From an uncultured Acidobacteriota bacterium (lineage in GTDB: Bacteria; Acidobacteriota; Thermoanaerobaculia; Multivoradales; JAHEKO01), in the NCBI GenBank assembly GCA_963713825.1, contig CAVQNG010000034.1:1-64000 (forward strand): a DNA stretch of 64,000 nucleotides, read 5' to 3'. The notes beneath the pieces were generated by a model that ran no database searches, was not told the DNA's origin, and was given only the letters and a program-made list of their open reading frames with translations. Position 1 is the stretch's first letter. Every line of letters begins with the position of its first letter. A program made the translations under genes and the position numbers. Of this stretch, positions 38,080-46,599 are shown in pieces.

Positions 38080-40419
38080 ATGCTCAGAACGACACAAGCA
38101 GTAGTCTGGATCTGCCTGCTGGCGCTGGTAATCGTGCCGGTCTCGAGTTGGGCGGCTCCGTCGCCTCAGCAGGATGAGGACGCGACAGTCGACCAAGAAA
38201 CAGATGCCGAAACCCCCGAAGGCGAAGGGGATACAGAACCCGCCGACTCTTTCTTCGAGGCCACCACAGTCACGGCCACTGGGACGGAGGTCGACGTATT
38301 CAGCATTGCGACTCCAGTCTCGGTGATTCCCGAGGAAGAGATCGAGAGGAAGCTTCCCGAGAACGCCGTCGATCTCTTCAGGGCACAGCCAGGCGTAGAC
38401 GTCAACGGTGTAGGCCCCAATCAGGCCAGGCCCATTATTCGAGGCCAGCGGGGTCTCAGGGTCCTGTTCATGGAGAACGGGCTGCGTCTGAACAACGCCC
38501 GCCGACAGTCCGATTTCGGCGAAGTTTCGGGTCTCATCGATATGGGTAGCGTCGGCAGTGTCGAGGTCTTGAGAGGCCCTGCTTCCGTCCTCTACGGGAC
38601 CGACGCAATCGGTGGCGTCTTGAATCTGGTGACCAAGTCACCCGCCTATGGAGACGGCAGTTGGACGGCTGGCTCCCTGGGACTCGGGTACCAGGACGCC
38701 AGCGATGGTTTCAGGGCTCAAGGCTATGTTCAGGGCCGGCAGCAGAAGTGGGCCTTCAATCTGGGTGCCACGTACCGTGACTCCTCGGACTACCTGGCAG
38801 CCGGTGGCAGCTATGGCGATATCACGTTGCCGGACGACACCCCGGTCAACGACACCGGACTGCAGGACGACTCCGTCTACGGCTTCCTGTCTTACGACTT
38901 CACCGACAGTCAGCTGTTGTCGTTCCGGTTCAACCGCTACCGGGCTGGCGAGACCGGGTTCGGTTGGGTGGATCCGATTCTCCTGGGTGAGCTGGACAAG
39001 GTCCAGATTACTTATCCTTTCCAGGATTTCGACCGATATACGATGGAGTACAACGCCAGTGCCCTCCAGTCTGCCCTGGCGAACACGGTGAGAGTCAACC
39101 TGCTGTACCAGGAGAATTCGCGGGAGCTCGTCAACAATATCGACGCCTACGACGACGTCGTTTTCGGGCAACCGTTGCCGCCTGGAATGTTCTTCCATGT
39201 GGGCGTGAACACCGAGAACTTCACGGATCTGTCGACCCTGGGCTTGCGGGCCGAGGCGAGCAAGATCCTGGGTGACAATCACCTGCTCTCCTATGGCGGC
39301 GAGTACTACGACGATGACTCGTTCAACACCGACTACTCGTTCACCTACGGTGCTTTGGCGATGCAGATGGACCCGACCCTGCCGCCCGAGGACATCACCC
39401 CGCCCTTCTTCACGGATGAGGACGACATCGCCAACACTCCCAACGCGGAGAACATCGCCTGGGGCCTGTTCGCCCAGGATCAGTTCCTGATCGGCAGCCG
39501 GTTCTCGGGTACCGCCGGTATTCGGTATGCGAATACCGAGACCAAGGCAAAGGAGACCCCAGGCCTGGACACGACGGGCTTGGATTTTTCCGACGACGAC
39601 TTCGTCGGGGCGGTCAGCGGCGTCTATCAGGTAACGAGCAATCTCAATGTCGTCGGCACCGCCGGCACCGCTTTCCGGGCGCCCAATATCGTGGAGAGGC
39701 TCTTCAACGGTCTGACGCCAGAAGGCAGTGGTTATCAGATTCTCAATTCGGATCTGAAGTCCGAGAACAGCACCAACTTCGATCTGGGCATGAAGTACAG
39801 GCGCATGAACGCCGTCTTCGAGCTCATGATCTTCCGCAACGAGATCAAGGACGGCATCGTGCAGGAGTTCCTGAGCGACGAGGAGATTGCCCAGCTGCCG
39901 CCTGATGTGCAAGAGGAGATCGAGGATTCGGGCGCCAGTGTTGTCGTACAGCAGCAGAACGTCTCCAAGCTCCGATACGAGGGAGTCGAGACCGTCATCG
40001 GTTGGCGCGCCAATAATGGAGTCTCTATCGGAGCCAACTACACTTATCTCGATGCCGAGCGGGTCGACACGGGCACTCCGACTGGCGATACCTATAAGAA
40101 CAAATTCAACTTTCACACCCGCTACGATCGCCCCACTGGTAGGTACTGGGTCGAGTATCGCTTGCGTCACAACGGCAGTACCGATTCCGTCAACGATCCC
40201 GATGCGCCGATCCCGGCGGTTGGTTTGACGTTGCCGGCTTTTACCATACACACCCTGAGCGGCGGCGTGGTGCTGTTCGAAAGAGGCAGACAGCAGCACA
40301 CCCTGACCCTGGTGATCGACAACTTCAGCGACGAGCTCTACTCCGAGTTCTCGAACGCCACCTTCTTCCGCCCGCAGTCGAGGCGGAACTTTCTCGTCAA
40401 CTATCGTCTGCGGATCTGA
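38080..40419 (+). CDS. TonB-dependent receptor (heme/hemoglobin receptor-like)
   Basis: Signal peptide, TonB-box-like TTVTAT, plug PIIRG and VEVLRGPASVLYG.DAIGGV.N, FRAP motif, beta-barrel C-terminus. Confidence 0.92.
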   Translation: MLRTTQAVVWICLLALVIVPVSSWAAPSPQQDEDATVDQETDAETPEGEGDTEPADSFFEATTVTATGTEVDVFSIATPVSVIPEEEIERKLPENAVDLFRAQPGVDVNGVGPNQARPIIRGQRGLRVLFMENGLRLNNARRQSDFGEVSGLIDMGSVGSVEVLRGPASVLYGTDAIGGVLNLVTKSPAYGDGSWTAGSLGLGYQDASDGFRAQGYVQGRQQKWAFNLGATYRDSSDYLAAGGSYGDITLPDDTPVNDTGLQDDSVYGFLSYDFTDSQLLSFRFNRYRAGETGFGWVDPILLGELDKVQITYPFQDFDRYTMEYNASALQSALANTVRVNLLYQENSRELVNNIDAYDDVVFGQPLPPGMFFHVGVNTENFTDLSTLGLRAEASKILGDNHLLSYGGEYYDDDSFNTDYSFTYGALAMQMDPTLPPEDITPPFFTDEDDIANTPNAENIAWGLFAQDQFLIGSRFSGTAGIRYANTETKAKETPGLDTTGLDFSDDDFVGAVSGVYQVTSNLNVVGTAGTAFRAPNIVERLFNGLTPEGSGYQILNSDLKSENSTNFDLGMKYRRMNAVFELMIFRNEIKDGIVQEFLSDEEIAQLPPDVQEEIEDSGASVVVQQQNVSKLRYEGVETVIGWRANNGVSIGANYTYLDAERVDTGTPTGDTYKNKFNFHTRYDRPTGRYWVEYRLRHNGSTDSVNDPDAPIPAVGLTLPAFTIHTLSGGVVLFERGRQQHTLTLVIDNFSDELYSEFSNATFFRPQSRRNFLVNYRLRI

Positions 40420-40440
40420 CCCAGACCTGACTTCCCTCTC

Positions 40441-40475
40441 GGCCCCGGAGTCCGCTCGGATTTCGGGGCCTTTTT
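40441..40475 (+). terminator. Rho-independent terminator
   Basis: GGCCCCGGAGTCC-GCTC-GGATTTCGGGGCC followed by TTTTT. Confidence 0.8.
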
Positions 40476-40496
40476 CCTTGCCGTCGGAGGGACTGA

Positions 40497-41534
40497 CTAA
40501 GGGAGCTGGCTGTGACGGGGAGGCAGGGCCTCTATTTCTAACCCCGCTATCTCGCGCAGTGCTGCCTCGGTATAACGTGCTGTCATCAGGCCGCGCCATT
40601 GGGCCTTGAAATCGGTGTTGTCCATCGGTGTTGCCAGTTTTCGAGCCTGCTGAGCGACTTCTTCGATTCGCTCCTCGGTCAGCGGGTGGCCGCGCAGGAG
40701 TTCGGAAACTGCCTCCACGGCAACGGGCCGCGATCCAACTGCACCCAGGAAGATCCGGGCGTCAGAGACGACGTTGTTGTCAGTGAACCAGACGGCAGCG
40801 GCTACGGACAGCACGGCAAAATCGATGGAACCACGGCGACGAAGCTTCCAGAAGCTCGACCGACAGTGCTCTTGGTCACTCTCGGCAGGAATCAGCACCT
40901 GCGTCACGATCTCGTCGGAGCGCTTCGCCAGATAGTCGATGCCGTCGTCGCGATACAAGTCGGTGAGGGCCAGGTCCCTTTCGCCCCTGGCCGACAGCAG
41001 GCTCACCCTGGCATCCAGTGCGGCGAGCATGGGGGCTGAATCGGCGGCGGTGTGCGCCCAACAGCGCGAAGAGCTGGGGGCGACCCAACAGACCGTGCCA
41101 TCCTCTTTCATGCAGTAGTCGATGGCTCGGCGCCAATCTTCGGTCTGGTTGTAGTACGTGCAGCGGGTGTCGAGGCAGATGTTTCCACCCAAAGTCCCCA
41201 TTTGGCGCAAGGGAGGCGAGGCTATCGAAGCGACCGCCTGAGCCAGGGCGGGGTAGCGTTGCCGCAATGCCGAATCCCGGACCACGTCCTCGAGCAGGGT
41301 CGTAGCGCCGATCCGAGCCTCGCTGGATGGGTCGATCGCATCGATGCCCGCCATATCCCCGATCGACATGAGGCTGACGACCGTCTCCGGCTTCTGGTGG
41401 CGCCGTTTCATGTTCGGCCAGAGGTCGGTGCCGCCCGCGACAACTCGAGCGCCCGGTCCTTCGGAGGCGAGGATCGTCGCGGCCTCACGAGTCGAGTCCG
41501 GCATGTGGAATCTGAATTGGGGCAAACGGAGCAT
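40497..41534 (-). CDS. Molybdo-flavoenzyme FAD subunit with [4Fe-4S] insert (HcrB-like)
   Basis: AGGTDL, TLGGNICLDTRC...C...C...C insert, KLRRRGSIDF. Confidence 0.85.
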   Translation of the reverse strand: MLRLPQFRFHMPDSTREAATILASEGPGARVVAGGTDLWPNMKRRHQKPETVVSLMSIGDMAGIDAIDPSSEARIGATTLLEDVVRDSALRQRYPALAQAVASIASPPLRQMGTLGGNICLDTRCTYYNQTEDWRRAIDYCMKEDGTVCWVAPSSSRCWAHTAADSAPMLAALDARVSLLSARGERDLALTDLYRDDGIDYLAKRSDEIVTQVLIPAESDQEHCRSSFWKLRRRGSIDFAVLSVAAAVWFTDNNVVSDARIFLGAVGSRPVAVEAVSELLRGHPLTEERIEEVAQQARKLATPMDNTDFKAQWRGLMTARYTEAALREIAGLEIEALPPRHSQLP

Positions 41535-41578
41535 TGCGGTTCCTGTTCACTCCTCGAAGACTCGGAGCGCGAGTCGAG

Positions 41579-44131
41579 TCATTTGGTGGTCAGAGCTCCA
41601 TCCTTCCGCTTCAGGGCTTCGGTGCGGTCCGACATAGTGCCCGTGTCACCACGCATCTTGGAAGAGCGCTTCCGCTTGGGATCATTGCTAGCCCTGCCAT
41701 CTCCACCCTCGTCCGGCGTCGGCACGAGGAGCGTCTCCCCGAAGTTCACACGAGGGAAGCCTGTCGGGCCGAATCGAGCTTCTTCACCTCTTTCACCTGC
41801 CAGCAAGGCCTGGTGGATCATGTGGGGCTGGATCGGCACCTGATCGATGCGGACGCCGACCGCGTCGTGGATTGCGTTGGCCAGTGCCGGGGGTATGGGA
41901 AGTAGCGGCCCCTGACCTACCTCCTTGGCACCGAAGGGACCCTCCGGATCTGGATCCTCGATCAGGTAGCTGGTCACCTCGGGCATATCGAGGCAGGTCG
42001 GGCTTTTGTATTCGAGCATTGAAGGCATCTTGTGCACGAGAGCGTCAGACATGTGCCTTGGCAGGCGACGGAATGCCTGTTCCTCCATCATGGCCTCTCC
42101 CAGACCCATGTAGACGGAACCCTCGATCTGACCCAGGACCAGTGTCGGGTTGATGGCCCGGCCGATGTCGTGGGCCAGCCAGACGTGAACGGGGCGATAG
42201 ATGCCGCTCGTCGGGTCCACTTCCACCTCGATGACAGCGGCCGAGTAGGAGTAGGTGGGCGAAGGCCCGACCCCGGCGCCGCGGTATTTGCCCGGCGAGC
42301 GGGGCGGAATGTACGAGCCGACCGTGCCGAGCGTTCCGAATCGAGCCTCGGTCGTGATGACCGAATCCTCGAAGCTCAGGCCGCCCTCCGGATGCGCCGC
42401 GTCGAAGACCCGCCGGTTGGCGAAAACCAGATTCTCAGGTGCCGTCTCGAGGCGCTCGGCAACGGCTGTCGCGATGAGCTCACGAGCCCGCATTGCCGCC
42501 TGGACTGCGGCGTTGCCAGCCATGAGGGTTACCCTGGAGGAGTAGCTACCCAGGTCGACAGGTGTGAGGTCCGTGTCTGCCACGCAGAGTCGGATGTCCT
42601 TCAAATCCACGCCCAAGACATCGGCCACGAGTGCGGCCAATACCGAATCGGAACCCTGCCCGATTTCGGTCTCGCCACAGAACAGCGCGATGCCGCCAGA
42701 GCGGTCGAGCTTGAGCTGGACTCCCGACTGCGGGAGATGATTCCAGTAGATGGGTAGACCGGCGCCGCACATGTAGGCGCCACACGCCAATCCGAGACCA
42801 CGGCCCTCTGGTAACTTGCCTCGGCGTTGGCGCCATCCACTTCCTTCGACGACCGCTTCGATGCAGCGCCGCAAAGCGATCGTGCCCAAGCGCAGCCAGT
42901 TGGCGGTCACCTGGCCCGGGGAAGCGAGATTGGCCAGTCTCAGGTCTGCCGGATCGAGGTCCAGCTTCTCTGCCGCCTTGTCCAGATGAACCTCGAATGC
43001 AAAGCGCGGTTGCGGCGTTCCATGGCCTCGCTTGGGACCGCAGGGTGGCTTGTTGGTGAAACAGCGCACACCGTCGAATTGATAGCGCGGCAGCGAGTAA
43101 GTTGCCGTCTGCAGAGCTCCCGTGTAGTACGTGGAAGCCACTCCGTAGCTGCCGTAGGCGCCGCCGTCGAGAGCGGTCTGGAGGTGCTGGGCCGTGATCG
43201 CCCCCTCTTTCGAGAAGCCGGTTCGGATCTTCATCGCCACCGGATGGCGCCCCCGGTGGCAATAGAAGACCTCCTCGCGATTGAGGACTATCTTGGCCGG
43301 CCTGCCGAGCTCGAGGGCCATCTTCGCGGCGACGATCTCGTGGTTGAAGGGATCGCTCTTGCCGCCGAATCCACCCCCGTTGGGGCAAGCGATGACTCGG
43401 ATCCGGGAGGCGGGAAGTCCCAAGACCCGGGTGAGAGCACGGTGCAGATAGTGGGGTGTCTGAGTCGAAGAGTAGATGGTGACCCGGTCGACATCTTCGG
43501 GGACCGCTACCGTAGCGTGCTGCTCTAGCGCCAGATGAGTGTTGCCTTCGTAGAAGAATTGATCGTCGAGAATCAGGTCGGCATTGTCGAAGCCGGTCTG
43601 GAGGTCGCCAAATCGCAGAGACACGCTCTTGTGGACGTTGCCCTCAGAGCCGTAGTCGTGAATGCGAGGCTCGGGAGTGCCGAGGGCTTCTTCGACCGAA
43701 GCGATGGTTGGTAGCGGCTCGTATTCGACCTCGACGCAGAGGGCGGCCTCGTAGGCCGCGTCTTCGGAAGTCGCTGCCACCGCTGCGACGGGATCGCCGA
43801 CGAATCGCACACGGTCGAGACAGAGAGCGTGCTCGTCCTGGGAAACCGGCAGGATGCCGAAAGTCTCTGGCATGTCGGAGCCGACAAGGCTGCCGAGATA
43901 CCCCGCCACCTTCTCGGCCTGCCCGAAGTCGATTGACGAGATCTTGCCGTGGGGAATCGTGGATCGCACCAGACGGAGGTGACACATCCGTGGGAACTCG
44001 AGGTCATCGGCAAACCGAGTCACGCCACTGACCTTGTCCCGACCATCGACGCGGCGGAACGGCCTGCCGATGTAACGACCCGATGTGGGATCGAAGGGAC
44101 CGGCCTCGTGGCGAGTTTTGGATTCACCCAT
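41579..44131 (-). CDS. Xanthine dehydrogenase-family molybdopterin subunit (HcrA-like)
   Basis: RVDGRDKVSG, STQ.PH, GGGFGGK, KRGHG.PQ, EIGQG, GSYSSR.T, GQIEG, GAKEVGQ. Confidence 0.88.
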   Translation of the reverse strand: MGESKTRHEAGPFDPTSGRYIGRPFRRVDGRDKVSGVTRFADDLEFPRMCHLRLVRSTIPHGKISSIDFGQAEKVAGYLGSLVGSDMPETFGILPVSQDEHALCLDRVRFVGDPVAAVAATSEDAAYEAALCVEVEYEPLPTIASVEEALGTPEPRIHDYGSEGNVHKSVSLRFGDLQTGFDNADLILDDQFFYEGNTHLALEQHATVAVPEDVDRVTIYSSTQTPHYLHRALTRVLGLPASRIRVIACPNGGGFGGKSDPFNHEIVAAKMALELGRPAKIVLNREEVFYCHRGRHPVAMKIRTGFSKEGAITAQHLQTALDGGAYGSYGVASTYYTGALQTATYSLPRYQFDGVRCFTNKPPCGPKRGHGTPQPRFAFEVHLDKAAEKLDLDPADLRLANLASPGQVTANWLRLGTIALRRCIEAVVEGSGWRQRRGKLPEGRGLGLACGAYMCGAGLPIYWNHLPQSGVQLKLDRSGGIALFCGETEIGQGSDSVLAALVADVLGVDLKDIRLCVADTDLTPVDLGSYSSRVTLMAGNAAVQAAMRARELIATAVAERLETAPENLVFANRRVFDAAHPEGGLSFEDSVITTEARFGTLGTVGSYIPPRSPGKYRGAGVGPSPTYSYSAAVIEVEVDPTSGIYRPVHVWLAHDIGRAINPTLVLGQIEGSVYMGLGEAMMEEQAFRRLPRHMSDALVHKMPSMLEYKSPTCLDMPEVTSYLIEDPDPEGPFGAKEVGQGPLLPIPPALANAIHDAVGVRIDQVPIQPHMIHQALLAGERGEEARFGPTGFPRVNFGETLLVPTPDEGGDGRASNDPKRKRSSKMRGDTGTMSDRTEALKRKDGALTTK

Positions 44132-44172
44132 CGTTCTGGTCCAGGTTCTCTTGAGTTTCTCGTCCAGACAAT

Positions 44173-44715
44173 TCAGCCGGCATCGGAGGAGGGAGGAGGA
44201 GTGCCATGGAGGGTTTCGGTCGAGTAGGGGCGCTCTTCGCCACGCATTCGAGCGGCAGCCACCTCGACGGCCTGGACGATCTTGTGGTACCCGGTACAGC
44301 GACAGAGATTCCCGGACAGTGCTTCTTCGATCTGATTTCTGGATGGCGTCTGTTCGTCCTGCAGAAGCGCGATCGATGTCATGAGGATGCCTGGGGTGCA
44401 ATAGCCACACTGCGCGGCATTGAGATCGGCCATGGCGGTCTGCAGCGGGTGAAGCTCATTGGATTCCTGCAAGCCCTCGACGGTCTGGACGTTCTTGCCC
44501 GCCAACTGGGCGGCCAGAAGCAGGCAAGAGAGAATCGGTCGACCGTCCACCAGTACCGTGCAGGCCCCACACTCGCCCAACTCGCATCCGTGCTTGGTCC
44601 CAGTGAGTCGAAGCTGCTCGCGCAAGACCTCGAGCAAGGTGTGATGGGTCGGAAAGGAGAGGGTCCTGGTCTCACCGTTGACGGTCAGCTCGAGGGATGT
44701 GATTTGCTCCGACAT
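44173..44715 (-). CDS. (2Fe-2S) subunit (HcrC/CoxS-like)
   Basis: GTKHGCELGECGACTV, QCGYCTPG, GNLCRCTGY. Confidence 0.93.
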   Translation of the reverse strand: MSEQITSLELTVNGETRTLSFPTHHTLLEVLREQLRLTGTKHGCELGECGACTVLVDGRPILSCLLLAAQLAGKNVQTVEGLQESNELHPLQTAMADLNAAQCGYCTPGILMTSIALLQDEQTPSRNQIEEALSGNLCRCTGYHKIVQAVEVAAARMRGEERPYSTETLHGTPPPSSDAG

Positions 44716-44933
44716 GGCAGTCTCGTTGATACAGCTTCGAGGGCGGACTCAGGCGTCCTTCGCCGGCGCCGGCTCGGGTGAGTCTGGCAAGACAGGCTCG
44801 ACTTCCAGCCTGAAGACCAGGGTATCCGCGAATTGCCCTACGAGCTACGAAATTCTGGCCAGATGCAGCTTGGCTGTCAAGCGGGCTCTCGAGTCGCGGA
44901 GCTCACCCTTCAAGTGTTGCGGATGCCGAGAAA

Positions 44934-45683
44934 TCAGGGAGCTGCCGGCGATTGCTCGAGCTCGAAGGGGAGGATCTCTTCTTCTCGAATCACCATCCGG
45001 CCCTGAACGTAGTCGCGGAGCCGCTCGCGAGCGCCTTCTGGGAGGCGGACGAAGGTCACGCCCATTCCCTGGGTCTGCTCGGTGCCGGGACTGGTGTGGC
45101 GAACGACTTTGACCGCGCCGTCGATCGGCCGTGGATCTCCAGGCAGATGAAAGGTCACCTCGACCTCACTGCCCACTGGGGCTCGGCGACTGGTGTGGAT
45201 CAGCATGCCCGATTCGGACACGTTCGAGGTCTGACAGGCGCGCAGTAGATTGCCGGTTTCGACTGCGAGCTGCAGCTGAACCAGCAGGCGGCTCGTCTTT
45301 CGCTGCGCCACCCCGAGGCTGGCTGCCACGTGCTGTTGCAGGGCCTCGGCAGAGGCGCCGATTGGCAGGACTTCGACTCTGTCGCTATCGATCTGGGCGC
45401 CCAGGTCTTCGGCGTGCTCGTCTTTCGTCAGCAGAACGACCGGCGAATGGGCGTTGGCGAGAGTGGGGGACTGGAGGATCTCGAGGAAGTCGACGATGCT
45501 CAGGTCGGGAAGAGGATACTCGGCGACGATCAGGTCGTACCTCACGTTGGTAGCCAGGATCAGACTCCGGGTGCCGTTGGTGGCTCGGGTCACCTCCATG
45601 GATGCCCGCGTGAAGATCGGTTCCATCTTCTCGAAGACCGAGTCCTGCGTGATGATAGCGAGGATCTTTTTTGTCGATTCCAT
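44934..45683 (-). CDS. Pseudo-receiver + PilZ protein
   Basis: Receiver-like YDLIVAEYPLPD and PVVLLT; PilZ RKTSR, NVSESG, GMGVTF. Confidence 0.8.
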   Translation of the reverse strand: MESTKKILAIITQDSVFEKMEPIFTRASMEVTRATNGTRSLILATNVRYDLIVAEYPLPDLSIVDFLEILQSPTLANAHSPVVLLTKDEHAEDLGAQIDSDRVEVLPIGASAEALQQHVAASLGVAQRKTSRLLVQLQLAVETGNLLRACQTSNVSESGMLIHTSRRAPVGSEVEVTFHLPGDPRPIDGAVKVVRHTSPGTEQTQGMGVTFVRLPEGARERLRDYVQGRMVIREEEILPFELEQSPAAP

Positions 45684-45792
45684 GGTGGAAGCCCCTCTTC
45701 GTTGGCACCCTTCGGATTGACCGACTAGAGCGCTATTCTTCGTCCAGCAGGAGTCGTGCTGCAGTGAAGTGCTTCACATTGGAGGTGGAGTC

Positions 45793-46599
45793 ATGAGTCT
45801 CGAGATCGTCCAGATCGATGCCTTTTCGTCACAGCCGTTCGGCGGCAACCCTGCCGCGGTCTGCTTGCTACCGAGATATCCAAGCAACGAATGGCTTCTT
45901 TCAGTCGCTCGAGAGATGAACCTGTCGGAGACCGCATTTCTGAAACCGCGGCAAGACGGCTTCGAATTGCGGTGGTTCACACCCGAGGTCGAAGTCGAGC
46001 TCTGCGGTCACGCGACTCTCGCGAGTGCACACTTTCTGTGGCAACAGGGACTACTGGAACCGGCGGAGCCGGCGCGATTTCACACCCTCAGCGGTTGGTT
46101 GGTCGCACAGCAACGGCAGGGTTGGATCGAAATGGACTTCCCGGCCGAACCGCCAGACGCGGTCTCGGCCACCCCAGTACTGCTTCGCGCGCTGGGAGTG
46201 GAGGCTCTCTACGTCGGCAAGAACCGCTTCGACTACCTGGTCGAGGTCGAGTCCGAATCGATCCTTCGGCAGATACAGCCGGACTTCAAGCTCCTTGCCG
46301 AGGTTTGCGACCGCGGTGTCATGGTGACCAGCGGCACCGACCAGACGGAGATCGACTTCGTGTCACGCTTTTTCGCTCCAGCCGTCGGAGTCGACGAAGA
46401 CCCCGTGACCGGATCTGCACATTGCTGCTTGGCTCCGTTCTGGTCCCGAAGGCTGGCCAAGGACGAGCTGGTGGGCTTTCAGGCCTCCCGCCGCGGCGGA
46501 GTGGTGAGGACCCGACTGCAAGGGAATCGAGTCCTGCTTTCCGGCCAGGCTGTCACAGTTCTCGAGGGCCACCTGCAACTCGAGGTGCCTACCTCGTAG
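45793..46599 (+). CDS. PhzF family isomerase
   Basis: QIDAF...GGNPAAV, NLSETAF, ELCGHATLA, EDPVTGSAH. Confidence 0.93.
   Translation: MSLEIVQIDAFSSQPFGGNPAAVCLLPRYPSNEWLLSVAREMNLSETAFLKPRQDGFELRWFTPEVEVELCGHATLASAHFLWQQGLLEPAEPARFHTLSGWLVAQQRQGWIEMDFPAEPPDAVSATPVLLRALGVEALYVGKNRFDYLVEVESESILRQIQPDFKLLAEVCDRGVMVTSGTDQTEIDFVSRFFAPAVGVDEDPVTGSAHCCLAPFWSRRLAKDELVGFQASRRGGVVRTRLQGNRVLLSGQAVTVLEGHLQLEVPTS

Noticed and set aside
38638-40599. Long antisense ORFs (e.g. 653 aa here; also 4394-5794, 5933-7366, 18684-19919, 23481-24815)
   Set aside because: Shadow ORFs typical of GC-rich coding DNA, with no motifs.
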